DNA of 64,000 nt, taken from assembly GCA_963674865.2 (NCBI GenBank), contig CAXXYE010000004.1, positions 352,001-416,000 of the forward strand, given 5' to 3'. The position numbers were made by a program, and so were the translations under genes. This DNA comes from Candidatus Hydrogenedentota bacterium. Its GTDB lineage: Bacteria > Hydrogenedentota > Hydrogenedentia > Hydrogenedentales > SLHB01. The notes under the pieces were generated by a model that made no database searches, was not told the DNA's origin, and worked only from the letters and a program-made list of their open reading frames with translations. This document shows positions 1-10,532 of the stretch, piece after piece (positions within the stretch are counted from its first letter, which is position 1; every line of letters begins with the position of its first letter).

Positions 1-1
1 T

Positions 2-79
2 CCCCGCGTCAAGAGATCCTGGATCTTGCCCGAGGTCCTCGGCTCGGATCATTGCCCCGTCGCTCTTGCCGTCGAATAG
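2..79 (+). CDS. xth: C-terminal end of exodeoxyribonuclease III (Xth/ExoIII family), truncated by the window edge
   Basis: Manual translation of frame 2 gives PRVKRSWILPEVLGSDHCPVALAVE*. GSDHCPV is the ExoIII C-terminal catalytic motif. Confidence 0.8.
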   Translation, partial: PRVKRSWILPEVLGSDHCPVALAVE

Positions 80-169
80 GACGCCCCAGCGCATTGCCTG
101 CCCTCGCCCCGTTCGGCTATCCTTGCGTCGGTTCTTCAGAGAGTAGGCATGAACCGGAGGTAGGACGCC

Positions 170-1036
170 ATGGCGAAGCCGTTTCGCCTTGCCGTTACCG
201 CGATTACGCTTCCCGGCGGCGACAGTCGCGAGAAGGTCATCGACAAATGCATCGCCGCCATCGCGGAAGCGGGGCGGCGAGGGGCCGACCTTGTCCTACT
301 GCCCGAGGAGCCTGACATCAAGGCTGGGCGCGGCCCGGGCGAGTACGCGCTCGAAAAACACCCTGCCTTCGCGGCATTCACGGAGCAGGCTGCCCAATCA
401 GGCGTCGGCGTAGTGGCAAGCCTGTCCGCGGCCGTGGACGGCGGCTATGCCAACACCGGCTTTCTCCTCGGTCGGCGGGGCGAACTGATCGGCTGCTACC
501 GCAAGAAGCACCCCGCGCCATCGGAAGAGGCTATCATTACGACCCCGGCCGATGGCCAAGACCCCTTCCCCGTCTTCGAGCACGAGGGCCTCAAGCTCGC
601 CATCGCCATCTGCATGGACATCCACTTCCCCGAGATGTTCCGCATTTACGGCCTCAAGGGCGCCGACCTCGTTTGCGTGCCCACCATGTACCTTGACTAC
701 ACGGGCGATATGCTTGAGAGCATCGAGAAGGCCCGCGCGATCGACAGCCAGATGTATTTTGCACTTTCCCGGTACATCAGCAAGCCTTTCCTGGCCGGCA
801 GGGACATGGGCTATGCCAAAGTCATCTCCCCGGACGGGCGGATTATTTGCTCGACGGCCCACAAGGATGGCGTCGCCATCGCCGAGTTCGATCCGGCCTG
901 GCGTATGCCCTTCTGGGGGGAGGGATACGGCGGCAACCTGCGCCACATGTTCGATGTGGTACGCCGCCCGGACCTCTATGGCGACTTACTCAAACCGCCC
1001 GGCAGTAGTTCTGGGGAATCCCCGCGCAGGGGATGA
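170..1036 (+). CDS. Carbon-nitrogen hydrolase (nitrilase superfamily)
   Basis: E-K-C triad motifs LLPEE, YRKKH and ICMDIHFPE; GGAGG RBS upstream. Confidence 0.9.
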   Translation: MAKPFRLAVTAITLPGGDSREKVIDKCIAAIAEAGRRGADLVLLPEEPDIKAGRGPGEYALEKHPAFAAFTEQAAQSGVGVVASLSAAVDGGYANTGFLLGRRGELIGCYRKKHPAPSEEAIITTPADGQDPFPVFEHEGLKLAIAICMDIHFPEMFRIYGLKGADLVCVPTMYLDYTGDMLESIEKARAIDSQMYFALSRYISKPFLAGRDMGYAKVISPDGRIICSTAHKDGVAIAEFDPAWRMPFWGEGYGGNLRHMFDVVRRPDLYGDLLKPPGSSSGESPRRG

Positions 1037-1134
1037 TTGTTTCCATGGCAACGGGACGCAAGAAGTGGGACACGCGCGGATTTGCGCGATTACACCGATG
1101 TGAGCCGTGCGGCCGGTTCAAAGGAGTGGGAAAC

Positions 1135-2118
1135 ATGGCTCTAAGCGGCCATAGGCCGGGGCGTACCTGGATTGCGGTATTACTCGTCTGCGCCTTCTCA
1201 CCTATCGCTTTCGCGGCGGGAACGGCGCCGGCGAAAGCCGTTGGGCCAACGGCAAAGGCAGTCGTCAAGCCAACGCCGGACGCCGCAAACGTCAAGTACG
1301 GGCCGTATGAACGCAATGTGTTGGACTTGTGGTTGGCCGAAGGGGAGGGGCCGAGGCCCCTTGTCATGTACATCCATGGCGGCGGCTTCATCGCCGGCGA
1401 CAAGTCAGGCCTCGATGCCGAGGAACTGACGGATTTCCTGCAAGCTGGATTGTCCGTGGCGGCCATCAACTACCGGTATTCAACGATAGCGCCATTCCCC
1501 GCTCCCATGCACGACGCCGCGCGTGCCGTTCAGTTCCTGCGTTACCATGCAGCCGACTGGCGCCTCGACCCGGAGCGGTTCGCAGCAACAGGAGGCTCCG
1601 CGGGCGGCATGATCGCGCTGTGGTTGGCCTTTCATGACGACCTGGCCGATCCGTCCAACGAAGATCCCGTCTTGCGCCAATCCACGAGGCTGACGTGTGC
1701 TGCGCCGGTTTCTGCTCCGACAACAGTGATCATGAGCGACTATCTCGAATGGGTGGGCGAACACGCAAAAGTACATCCCGCCACGTTTCCCCTCTTCGGC
1801 ATTACGACTGTCGAGGAGTGTTCCTCGCCCGAGATACAACGACTCATGGCGGAGGCATCACCCATCGAGTTACTCACGCCCGACGATCCCCCTGTTTTCA
1901 TGAACTACGGCCTCCCAAACACGCCCCTCGGCCCGGAGTCCACGCCGAAAGAGCAAGTGCACCACCCGCTATTCGGCATTCGCCTGAAGGTCGCCATGGA
2001 TGCGTTAGGCGTCGAGGCCGTTCTGCGTTATCCCGACCACTGCGAAGACAGCTACGAAGATAAGACTGATTTCCTCAGCAAGAAACTGGTGCCAACGCAC
2101 CCGGCCGCTGAACAGTAG
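1135..2118 (+). CDS. Secreted alpha/beta hydrolase (HSL/BD-FAE-like esterase)
   Basis: HGGGF oxyanion motif, GGSAGG nucleophile elbow and signal peptide. ATG 1135 follows AAGGAG (the ORF track starts at 1033). Confidence 0.85.
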   Translation: MALSGHRPGRTWIAVLLVCAFSPIAFAAGTAPAKAVGPTAKAVVKPTPDAANVKYGPYERNVLDLWLAEGEGPRPLVMYIHGGGFIAGDKSGLDAEELTDFLQAGLSVAAINYRYSTIAPFPAPMHDAARAVQFLRYHAADWRLDPERFAATGGSAGGMIALWLAFHDDLADPSNEDPVLRQSTRLTCAAPVSAPTTVIMSDYLEWVGEHAKVHPATFPLFGITTVEECSSPEIQRLMAEASPIELLTPDDPPVFMNYGLPNTPLGPESTPKEQVHHPLFGIRLKVAMDALGVEAVLRYPDHCEDSYEDKTDFLSKKLVPTHPAAEQ

Positions 2119-2289
2119 CGTCCTCGAAAAAGGCAAACATTCCGTCCGTGGCCTCGCAGGCCAAAGCCTCTGCCCGCCGGCGTCCCGCTCCAAATTGCAT
2201 GTGCTTGCGCACGCGTTCCCCGCATCGGTAGAGTAGCGGAGCCAAGCTGATTTAGACTCGTGGGCAAGGCGAAGAGCGAGGGACGTCGT

Positions 2290-3030
2290 ATGCGGTGGAA
2301 GGACGGCAAGCGGTGGGTTTACTCGATCACCTACGACGAGGGATGCGCGGATCTCCTGACGCATGCGCTGCCCATCCATCGCAAGTACGGAGTTCCCGGC
2401 CACGTGGCACTGGTTTCGAGCCAGATCGGCGTGCCGCGCGATGTGCCCGGAAGCAGCTACGACAAGATGATGATCCTGTCGAAAGAGCAAGTCCGCGCAC
2501 TGTGCGATGAGGGGTGGGGCGTCTCGTGCCATAGCATGACTCATTGCGGCGTCACGCTCGACAATGGACAAACGGAAGTGGTCGAGGCGCGGCGTGTGCT
2601 CGAAGAGGCCCTCGACATGCCCGTCACCATGTTCTGCGTTCCCGGTGATAATAACGGCCACCCGGGCGCCCTCAAGTACGCCGAACAGGCCGGCTACCGG
2701 GCCATCATGACGATCTACGACCGCGTCAACACCAGGGACACCGACCTGATGAGCCTGGGCCGCTGTCCTTTACACACGGAGTATCCCGCGCCGTTCTTCT
2801 CTGTGTTCGATCCTTACAAGCGTATTCACCAAGCCATCGACTTTGGTGGATGGATCGTCGACTATTGCCACTGCCCTATGCCGGACAAGCCCATCCATCC
2901 CGCGAAGGACTGCACCACGCGGGAGTTGGAGGCGCGTTTTGATGCGGTGTGCCGCGTCGGCGGCGATGAAGTCTGGCTCGCGGAGCCGAATGAGGTGGTT
3001 GAGTTTCTGTTGAAGGAGAAGCAGGTGTAG
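2290..3030 (+). CDS. Polysaccharide deacetylase family (NodB-like) protein
   Basis: SITYDEG and CHSMTH motifs; start codon choice approximate. Confidence 0.75.
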   Translation: MRWKDGKRWVYSITYDEGCADLLTHALPIHRKYGVPGHVALVSSQIGVPRDVPGSSYDKMMILSKEQVRALCDEGWGVSCHSMTHCGVTLDNGQTEVVEARRVLEEALDMPVTMFCVPGDNNGHPGALKYAEQAGYRAIMTIYDRVNTRDTDLMSLGRCPLHTEYPAPFFSVFDPYKRIHQAIDFGGWIVDYCHCPMPDKPIHPAKDCTTRELEARFDAVCRVGGDEVWLAEPNEVVEFLLKEKQV

Positions 3031-3076
3031 GCGAGGGCGTCCTCAGCCCGCTGAAGTGGGAGGTCCGACTAAGATC

Positions 3077-4324
3077 ATGGCGACAAAACCACAGCACGCG
3101 AAATGGGGCGCTCAGGCGCACAAGGACGAGGTCGGCAAGCTGCCGACGGCCTTCCCGAGAACCATCGGCCCGAACGCGGAGAAGTACATCCGCGAGGTAC
3201 TTGAATCCGGCCTCACCTGCGACATGATGGGCCGTTTCGAGCGGGCCTTCGCCGAGGCGTTGGGCGTCAAACACTGCATCGCGACCCCCGGCTGCACGCC
3301 CGCCTTGGCTGTGCTTGCCGCCGCCATGCCGTGGGAGCCGGGCGATGAGGTGATCGTCAGCCCCGTCACGGATTACGGAACGGTGCAGGGCCTTATCGCC
3401 GAGGACCTTATCCCCGTTTTCGCCGATACGGAACCTGGCAGCATCAATTTTGGCCCGGCAACTATCGAGCCGTGCATCACCGGCCGCACCCGCGCCATTC
3501 TGTGTGTCCACATGACGGGCATCATCAACGACATGGACGCTATCAACGCCCTGGCCGGGAAACACGGCCTCGTGGTGTATGAGGATGCCTGCCAGGCCGT
3601 CTTCGGCGAATACAAGGGCCGCCTCGCGGGGACGCTGTCGCATGCCGCCGGATTCTCCTTTGATGCCGAGAAGACTATGGGCTCGGACGTGGGCGGATGC
3701 CTCGTCACCGACGACGACGAACTGGCGGAGCAGGCGCGATTCATCGGCCATAGCCGCGGCGCCGTCATGAAGGAGCATTTCGGCCGGCTCCACGCGGCGC
3801 CAGGCTACGCCTACCGCATGCCCGGGTGCACCGCAGCCATTTGCTTGGCTCAACTTGAGGTCATCCGCGATCAAGTCGCCCATCGCGACAAGATGATCCG
3901 GCTCCTGACGAAGTATCTAGCTGAGATTCCCGGCATCACGCCGCTCCCCATTCCGGATTACATGAACGTCTATTCCTGCTGGATGGCGGGATTCAACATC
4001 GATTCCGACGCATTTTCGTGTTCCACGGAGGCTTTCGCCGCGCAAGTGGCCGAGGGCGGCATCCCTGGCGCGGGCATGGGGGAGTATTACCTGATGCCCG
4101 CCGCGCTGACATGCCTCCAGGAACGGACGCGGGCGAAGCGGTTCCCCTACTCGATGCCGCCGGCCTCGCGTGAGTACACCTACTCCGGCGACGACTGTCC
4201 GGAGGCCCAGGCGTTCCTCCGCACCTTCGTCCGCTGGTCGACCTTCTGCGAGAAGTACGAGCCGGAGCACTGCCGCCTTGCCGCAGACATTGTCCGCGAG
4301 GTGGCCGACCGCAACCGGCTATAA
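3077..4324 (+). CDS. DegT/DnrJ/EryC1/StrS family PLP-dependent aminotransferase
   Basis: PGDEVIV, EDACQA and FSFDAEKTM (PLP lysine) motifs. Confidence 0.9.
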   Translation: MATKPQHAKWGAQAHKDEVGKLPTAFPRTIGPNAEKYIREVLESGLTCDMMGRFERAFAEALGVKHCIATPGCTPALAVLAAAMPWEPGDEVIVSPVTDYGTVQGLIAEDLIPVFADTEPGSINFGPATIEPCITGRTRAILCVHMTGIINDMDAINALAGKHGLVVYEDACQAVFGEYKGRLAGTLSHAAGFSFDAEKTMGSDVGGCLVTDDDELAEQARFIGHSRGAVMKEHFGRLHAAPGYAYRMPGCTAAICLAQLEVIRDQVAHRDKMIRLLTKYLAEIPGITPLPIPDYMNVYSCWMAGFNIDSDAFSCSTEAFAAQVAEGGIPGAGMGEYYLMPAALTCLQERTRAKRFPYSMPPASREYTYSGDDCPEAQAFLRTFVRWSTFCEKYEPEHCRLAADIVREVADRNRL

Positions 4325-4367
4325 GGCGTCTTTCCGGGGCGTCGTCAAAAGGGAGAAAGGCAAGCCC

Positions 4368-6968
4368 ATGAAGGCGTTGCACTTGAGTATGGCCGGCCTT
4401 TTTCTCATGGCGGCTGCCGCCAACGCAGGCACAGCCCCCGGCGACTGGCCCGAACCCCGCCAGAATCAGTATCTTACGTGCGTTCAGCCTCTCGCGGGCC
4501 GTATGAGCGTCCCACCTGCCCTGCTCGCCCGCTACGATCTGGGGCGCTCCCGGCCATCGGTGCGCCGCAAGGCCACCTTGCCGGACGGGACAGAGGTCGA
4601 GTTATGCCTGCTTTCCGGCGCTCTTCAATGCTACGCCGTGTCGGGGGAGAAGGTGTGGGAGTGTCACCCAAAGGGCCTGAATTTGGATCAAATTGTCGAA
4701 ATTGGCGACTTTGATGGCGATTCCTCCGTGGAAATCGCGTTGCAAGCCGGACGTCCTGCACAGCCCTTCGGGGCCGCGTGCCTCGTTTCCCTCGAGGACG
4801 GCGCCCTGCTCTGGCGATATAATGTCGAGCCCATGTCGTACGCCTGGTACTTTCACATCGGCCACTACCTCCCCGATACCTCACAAAAGCAGTTTGTTGT
4901 CATCATGCACGGCTATCCACCAGACAAGGACAACGGTTACATTGTCTTGTTCGAGTTCCTTGAGGGGGGGCATGCCCCTAAGCTCAAGTGGCGCTATGAC
5001 TTCGACAAGTACACGTGCTTCCCCTCGCTGCTCCAAACGGACCTCGACGGGGACGGGATAGATGAGCTTGCCGTCGAATCCCACAGCCGGATGTGGTTCC
5101 TGGATGCCCATACGGGCGAATTGAAACACTTTGCAACATGGGATGTTTCGCCCGCGAATGTGCGCAGTTACGGCTTCGTCAAGTTCGTCGATCTCAATGG
5201 CAACGGGCGTGAGGATTTCCTCTGCATCGCTGACTTCGCCCAACACCACGAGGTGCTTCTCAATGAGGACGGCAAGATGGTGCAGGCCTGGGCCCACGGA
5301 TGGCCGGAAAGTGTTACCACGGGGAAAGTTGTGACGACCTGGCCCGATCCGCCCTACGCCGATCTGGATGGCGACGGTCGCATCGAGATCGTGGTGTCCA
5401 TGTTCAACTCGGAGGGGGAAGGGGCTTGGCTTGTTCGCGCGTACGACGCCGTTACGGGAGAGCTTGAGTATCGCTCGCCGGGCCTTATCGCAAGGCAAAT
5501 CAAGGACTTGGACGGCGACGGCGCCGCGGAGATACTCGCCGTCGGCTCCACCGACCCCACCCAGACGGCCGTAGAGGGCGCCTACCTCCTTCGAGCGGCT
5601 GGGGAAGGATTCGAGCGCCCGTGGGAGGATGACGGGGCAGAGGTCTCCGAACTCCAAAAGGACGCGTTTGTCATCGAAAAGGGGGCCTCCATGTTCAGTT
5701 TAGTGGTGAATGATGGGGGGGAGGTCTCCACGCTGCCGTGGTCGCCTCCCGAGACGACAGAGATACCGCGCCCTTCCTTTGTCCCGGAAATCCAAGGGCC
5801 GCCGTTCCCGGAACTGCTCATCGCCGATGTCATGGGAACGGGCGTGAACCAACTCATTGTGTACCGGAATCCCGACGTGGAGGTCCTGCGTCTGACGAAA
5901 GGACATTTCGAGGTGATTGCCGCGTATCAGTCGGATGCCCTGCCCGTTATTGCCGACCTGGACGGAGACGGCCGCACGGAGCTAGTGCTCTGCACGGTGG
6001 GGCCGGAGTCACCGCCCATGGTTGAGGCCATTACGCCCGCCGAGAAAGATAAGGTCTTGTGGCAGAACCAGTTCCCTCCGGCTGAGCGCACCGGCCTGCC
6101 GCAGCCTCGGCGCGCGTACATGCGGACGGGACGGTTCACCGGCAAGGCCACGCCCGACGTGTACGTTTGGGCAGGAACGCCCGTCGTGCGTAGCGTGGTC
6201 CTTGACGGCGAGACGGGGGCGTTGGTTTGGGAGAAGGGCGAAGTGCCCAATTCCGAGCGTTATTGGGGGCCAAGCGTCAATTTTGCGTCCGTTTACGACT
6301 ATAACGCGGACGGCAACGAGGATTTGGTGTTCACCAATCCCGACTACTACTGCGTCGCCGACGGGCCGACGGGCGAGTTCCTGCTGGGGCCGCTTTTCCC
6401 GCCTGAGATCTTCAATCAGCCAAGCCAAGGGCTGTACACGCTGCCCGCCGTCCTCGAGCGGGCCGGCGAGGATCCGCTCGTCTGCCTGGTGGCGGGCCAC
6501 TACTTCCAAGCGGCCATGTCGATACGCGCGGAACCGCTGTGGTATAAACTGCCCATGGCCGGGCAGAGCCGTTGCGCGCGGGAGGCATTCATGCCGCTGC
6601 CCGATGGCGCGTGGTTGATGGCATTCGGCCGCCAGAACGGTGACTTCGCCTGCGTGAACGTCGCGGACGGCGCTACACGCTGGTTAATGCCCGTCGAGGC
6701 GTCTTGTTCGGATGTTGCCGTGTGCGATATCAACGGCGACGACGCGCTGGAGTTCGTCTTCGGCACAAGCCATAAGGGACTATACGCCGTCGCCGACAGC
6801 GTGGACGCCGGCCGCGTGATCTGGCGGGCGGATTTATCCGGCGCGGCGGGCGCGCCGGTGATCGGCGACCTCGACGGCGACGGCGCGAGCGAGGTGGTCG
6901 TGCCGACGGCGGACGGCTACATCAATGTCTACGGCCTAGGTGAAGTCGAAGATTCCGGAAACCTATGA
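4368..6968 (+). CDS. Secreted FG-GAP/VCBS-repeat beta-propeller protein
   Basis: Many DLDGDG-type Ca-binding repeats; signal peptide MKALHLSMAGLFLMAAAANA after an RBS. Confidence 0.8.
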   Translation: MKALHLSMAGLFLMAAAANAGTAPGDWPEPRQNQYLTCVQPLAGRMSVPPALLARYDLGRSRPSVRRKATLPDGTEVELCLLSGALQCYAVSGEKVWECHPKGLNLDQIVEIGDFDGDSSVEIALQAGRPAQPFGAACLVSLEDGALLWRYNVEPMSYAWYFHIGHYLPDTSQKQFVVIMHGYPPDKDNGYIVLFEFLEGGHAPKLKWRYDFDKYTCFPSLLQTDLDGDGIDELAVESHSRMWFLDAHTGELKHFATWDVSPANVRSYGFVKFVDLNGNGREDFLCIADFAQHHEVLLNEDGKMVQAWAHGWPESVTTGKVVTTWPDPPYADLDGDGRIEIVVSMFNSEGEGAWLVRAYDAVTGELEYRSPGLIARQIKDLDGDGAAEILAVGSTDPTQTAVEGAYLLRAAGEGFERPWEDDGAEVSELQKDAFVIEKGASMFSLVVNDGGEVSTLPWSPPETTEIPRPSFVPEIQGPPFPELLIADVMGTGVNQLIVYRNPDVEVLRLTKGHFEVIAAYQSDALPVIADLDGDGRTELVLCTVGPESPPMVEAITPAEKDKVLWQNQFPPAERTGLPQPRRAYMRTGRFTGKATPDVYVWAGTPVVRSVVLDGETGALVWEKGEVPNSERYWGPSVNFASVYDYNADGNEDLVFTNPDYYCVADGPTGEFLLGPLFPPEIFNQPSQGLYTLPAVLERAGEDPLVCLVAGHYFQAAMSIRAEPLWYKLPMAGQSRCAREAFMPLPDGAWLMAFGRQNGDFACVNVADGATRWLMPVEASCSDVAVCDINGDDALEFVFGTSHKGLYAVADSVDAGRVIWRADLSGAAGAPVIGDLDGDGASEVVVPTADGYINVYGLGEVEDSGNL

Positions 6969-6981
6969 GAGGATATGCGAC

Positions 6982-7557
6982 ATGAGTATTCGGTTGGCTG
7001 TTATCCTGGTTGTATCGGCGGTTATCATCTGCGGCGCGACGGCCGCCCGCGCCGCGTCAAAGAATCTCGTGCCGGATCCCGGCTTCCAGAAGGCCGATTT
7101 CGCGCCTCTTGTCGATAAGACCACGTGGCGATGGCATCCCATCGCCGCCCCGAGCGAAGCGGCCCTGGACAAGGCCAAGAAAGAGGTTAAGCTGACGGGC
7201 GGCAAGACGTTCCTGCATTCCCCGGTGTTCGACGTCACGCCCGGCCATGCCTACGAGATCAAGGTGAAGGCCGAGGGCGCCGGCAAAGTGTCCATTCAGT
7301 GCCTGTGGTGGACGGTGTACAAGGGAGACGACATCGGCATGGCCTCGCCGCACTGCACCATGCCTCAGAATCCCGTCGCGCTCGATAACGAAGCGAAAAC
7401 CTTCGACGTGCTCGATGGCGCGCCCAAGGACGCCACCCGCGCCTATATCCGAGTCATTGTCGAGGAAGGCGCCGTCACCATCTCTGAGCCCTCCGTAACG
7501 CCCAGCGCCGAGAAGGTCGAGCCCAAGGTCATTCCCAAGCCGGAGGAAGAGAAGTAG
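6982..7557 (+). CDS. Secreted hypothetical protein, possibly a carbohydrate-binding (CBM4/9-like) jelly-roll domain
   Basis: Signal peptide, then NLVPDPGF and VTPGHAYEI patterns typical of CBM4_9-like domains. Confidence 0.55.
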   Translation: MSIRLAVILVVSAVIICGATAARAASKNLVPDPGFQKADFAPLVDKTTWRWHPIAAPSEAALDKAKKEVKLTGGKTFLHSPVFDVTPGHAYEIKVKAEGAGKVSIQCLWWTVYKGDDIGMASPHCTMPQNPVALDNEAKTFDVLDGAPKDATRAYIRVIVEEGAVTISEPSVTPSAEKVEPKVIPKPEEEK

Positions 7558-7656
7558 GGTCGTAGCTGTCCCTCCTGTGAATCGTGTCTATCCTGTCAGA
7601 AGGTGGGCGGCATGGGGGAGGGGATGATTGTCCCGAGACACTTTGGAGGCGTTTCT

Positions 7657-9261
7657 GTGCAGAAAACGATGCGAATCGCGACTTCTTGTGCATTTCTGGG
7701 ACTTTTCATGAGCTTTGGTGTTGCCGCCGTGGGTGATGATTACAACGTCCTGCGCTTTGGCGCGACGGGCAAGGGCGAGGTCCTTGACACCGCCGCGATC
7801 CAGGCGGCCATCGATGCCTGCGCCGAAGACGGCGGCGGCACGGTGCGTTTCCCCGCGGGCGCCTACCTCACCGGCACGCTCTTCCTCAAGGATCACGTGC
7901 GCCTCGACCTCGACTCGGGCGCGTGCATCCTCGGCAGCCCCAACGTCGAGGACTACCCTCTCATGAGATGCGGCTTTCCCTCGCGGACGGATCGCTACAC
8001 CGGCCGCGCCTTGCTATGGGGGGAGGGACTCGAGGACATCGCCATCACCGGGCGCGGCACGATTGACGGCCAAGGCGCGTTGTTCAAGGACAACAAGCCG
8101 TCCGGCGAGGCGTACGAGAAGCTGCTTGGCGCGTTCGACGACGCCACGCGGTACCGCCCGGCCGAGGCCTACATCAACCGGCCCTACGTGATTCGCTTCG
8201 TGAGCTGCCGGCGCGTCCTTATCGAGGGCATCCGCCTGCGCAACTCCGCCATGTGGATGCAGCACTACCTCGACTGCGATTTCCTCACCATCCGCGGCAT
8301 CGACGTCTACAACCACGTCTGCCACAACAACGACATGATGGATATCGACTGCTGCCGCAACGTAGTCATCGCCGACTGCGTGGGCGACACGGATGACGAC
8401 GCCCTCACGCTCAAGAGCACTGGCCCGCGCCCGACGGAACACGTCGCGATCACCAACTGCATCCTCCGCTCGCGCTGCAACGCCATCAAAGCCGGCACGG
8501 AATCCTCCGGCGGATTCAACGACATCGCCATCTCGAATTGCGTCATCCAGCCGTCGGCGGCGGACGAGGGATTGTACGGACGCCCGGAGGGACTGGCCGG
8601 GATTGCCCTCGAGATCGTGGACGGCGGCTCGCTCGAACGCGTGGCCATCTCGAACGTCGTCATCCAAGGCACCACCGCGCCTATCTTCATGCGGTTGGGC
8701 AATCGCGCGCGGCAATACAAGGCTGATGCGCCCGCGCCGCCCGTCGGCACCTTCCGCGATGTGACGCTTAACAACATCGTCGCCACGGACGCGGGGGCCA
8801 CCGGCTGCGCCATCGCCGGCCTCCCGGATCATCCCATCGAGAATGTCACACTGTCCAACGTGCGCATCCGATTCCTTGGCGGCGGCACGGTGGAGGAGAT
8901 CCAGGCGGAAGTGCCTGAGAAGGAAGGGAAGTATCCCGAGTGCACCATGTTCGGCGCGTTACCGGCCTACGGCTTCTACTGCCGCCACGTCGCCGGCCTG
9001 ACGCTCCGTACCATCGCCCTCGACTGCGATGCTCTCGACGCACGCCCGGCCCTGGCATGCGATGACGTGCGCGGCCTCCGCGTCGATGGACTCAACGCCC
9101 AAGTCGCCCCCGACGCCCCAGCCGTCATGATATTGAAGGCCACGCAAGACGCCTCTATCACCGGCTGCGCCGCCCCGCCCGCGCCAACCTTCCTGAAACT
9201 CGAAGGCCCCTGCGCCCGCATCAACACCGCTGCCGACCTCACCGGTGTCCAATCCCCCTAG
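7657..9261 (+). CDS. Glycoside hydrolase family 28 (polygalacturonase-like)
   Basis: DTAAIQAAIDAC, NNDMMD, DDDALTLKS and IKAGTES motifs; GTG start after GGAGG. Confidence 0.9.
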   Translation: MQKTMRIATSCAFLGLFMSFGVAAVGDDYNVLRFGATGKGEVLDTAAIQAAIDACAEDGGGTVRFPAGAYLTGTLFLKDHVRLDLDSGACILGSPNVEDYPLMRCGFPSRTDRYTGRALLWGEGLEDIAITGRGTIDGQGALFKDNKPSGEAYEKLLGAFDDATRYRPAEAYINRPYVIRFVSCRRVLIEGIRLRNSAMWMQHYLDCDFLTIRGIDVYNHVCHNNDMMDIDCCRNVVIADCVGDTDDDALTLKSTGPRPTEHVAITNCILRSRCNAIKAGTESSGGFNDIAISNCVIQPSAADEGLYGRPEGLAGIALEIVDGGSLERVAISNVVIQGTTAPIFMRLGNRARQYKADAPAPPVGTFRDVTLNNIVATDAGATGCAIAGLPDHPIENVTLSNVRIRFLGGGTVEEIQAEVPEKEGKYPECTMFGALPAYGFYCRHVAGLTLRTIALDCDALDARPALACDDVRGLRVDGLNAQVAPDAPAVMILKATQDASITGCAAPPAPTFLKLEGPCARINTAADLTGVQSP

Positions 9262-9485
9262 CCCTCTCTGCAGAAACGCCCGAATCAGCACTGAGTACTG
9301 GGGTCAACCAACTTGTCGCGTACAAGGTTGACGCACTACACCTGCAGGTTGATTCTGAGGAGTGGGCCTTGCAGGCCTGGAGCGCGGGAGACCTCGCTTT
9401 CCTTGTGTCGCGTGACGAAATGTCAGAGCCTAGCATGCCGGATCTAACGCAGCCCTACCGTGCGCGTAAGCCCGTGGTCGTGAAA

Positions 9486-10391
9486 TCACTCGCCACTGAA
9501 GTAATCCGAATCGATTTTTTTGACTTCGTAAGAGGCCGAGGGGGTGACGCCAATGTTGTAGTCGATCATCAATTGTGTTAGTTGGTCCCCGTCGATGAGA
9601 ATAATCCTGGTATCAATGCGCGAGGCATAGCTGTGGGCTTCACGTGAGAAGTCTGCCGTCGTAATAAAGATGCCTTTGCGTGCACGCTGTCCCTGAAGGG
9701 CTCCAGCAAACTTCTGAATCTCTGGGCGACCGACAGTATTCTCCCATCGTTTCGCCTGAATGTAGATAATGTCGAGACCTAGGCGATCTTCCTTGATTAT
9801 GCCGTCTATGCCTTCGTCTCCAGTCTTGCCAACCGCTTTGCCAGCATCCTTCAAGCTGCCGCCGTAACCCATCTTGACGAGCAAGGCGACGACTGTTGTC
9901 TCGAACAGGCTCGGAGGGCTGCTCTTGAGTTGCTGCATAAGTTCGCCCGCCAGTTCGTTTGTTAGACTTTGGTATGCAGCCTCAAGGGCCTCCTCCGGAG
10001 TCGCATCAGATACCATATCCTCAGCCGCATCCTTGCCCTTGCTGTGACGAAGAGTCCGAAATGCCCTGAATTCCACAAACTGGTTCAAGAATCTGACGTT
10101 GATCCCGGTAGGCTTCTGCCTAAGAACTTTCAACCCACGCTCGGTTATTTTGAAAATGGCTCTCTTAGGCGATTCGAGGAGTCCGGCCTTCTTCATGTAC
10201 GTCCTTGCCCATCCGACCCTATTGTCGAACACGGGCTGGCGCCCGCTTGGGAGCAGTTCGTGTCGTTCTTTTTCTGTGAGGTTAAAGCGTGTGGCCATAT
10301 CTTCGATGGCTTGACGCAGGGCATGCTCATGCTGATCTCCGCAGTACTCAAGGAGTGGAAGCATGATCGCCTGATAATCTGGTATAGCCAA
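9486..10391 (-). CDS. mrr: Mrr restriction endonuclease (Type IV)
   Basis: Mrr N-terminus (IPDYQAIMLPLL, FDNRVGWARTYM) and catalytic DEGIDG...IYIQAKRW; TTG start after AAGGAGG. Confidence 0.95.
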   Translation of the reverse strand: MAIPDYQAIMLPLLEYCGDQHEHALRQAIEDMATRFNLTEKERHELLPSGRQPVFDNRVGWARTYMKKAGLLESPKRAIFKITERGLKVLRQKPTGINVRFLNQFVEFRAFRTLRHSKGKDAAEDMVSDATPEEALEAAYQSLTNELAGELMQQLKSSPPSLFETTVVALLVKMGYGGSLKDAGKAVGKTGDEGIDGIIKEDRLGLDIIYIQAKRWENTVGRPEIQKFAGALQGQRARKGIFITTADFSREAHSYASRIDTRIILIDGDQLTQLMIDYNIGVTPSASYEVKKIDSDYFSGE

Positions 10392-10532
10392 TTCAACCTC
10401 CTTAGTTCATCAAAGAACGGGAAGAAACCAGCTTGGGTATCTCGGGGAGGTGTTCGACGCGCCCCGTCAATGACGACTGTATCACTGGATCGGTTAGGCG
10501 TCAACCTGATTGGAGAGGCGGGGTCTTCCCGC

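Noticed and set aside
10391..10499. Integron attC site upstream of mrr (GCCTAAC ... GTTGAAT on the minus strand)
   Set aside because: There is no supporting internal palindrome or L boxes and no integron integrase in the window.
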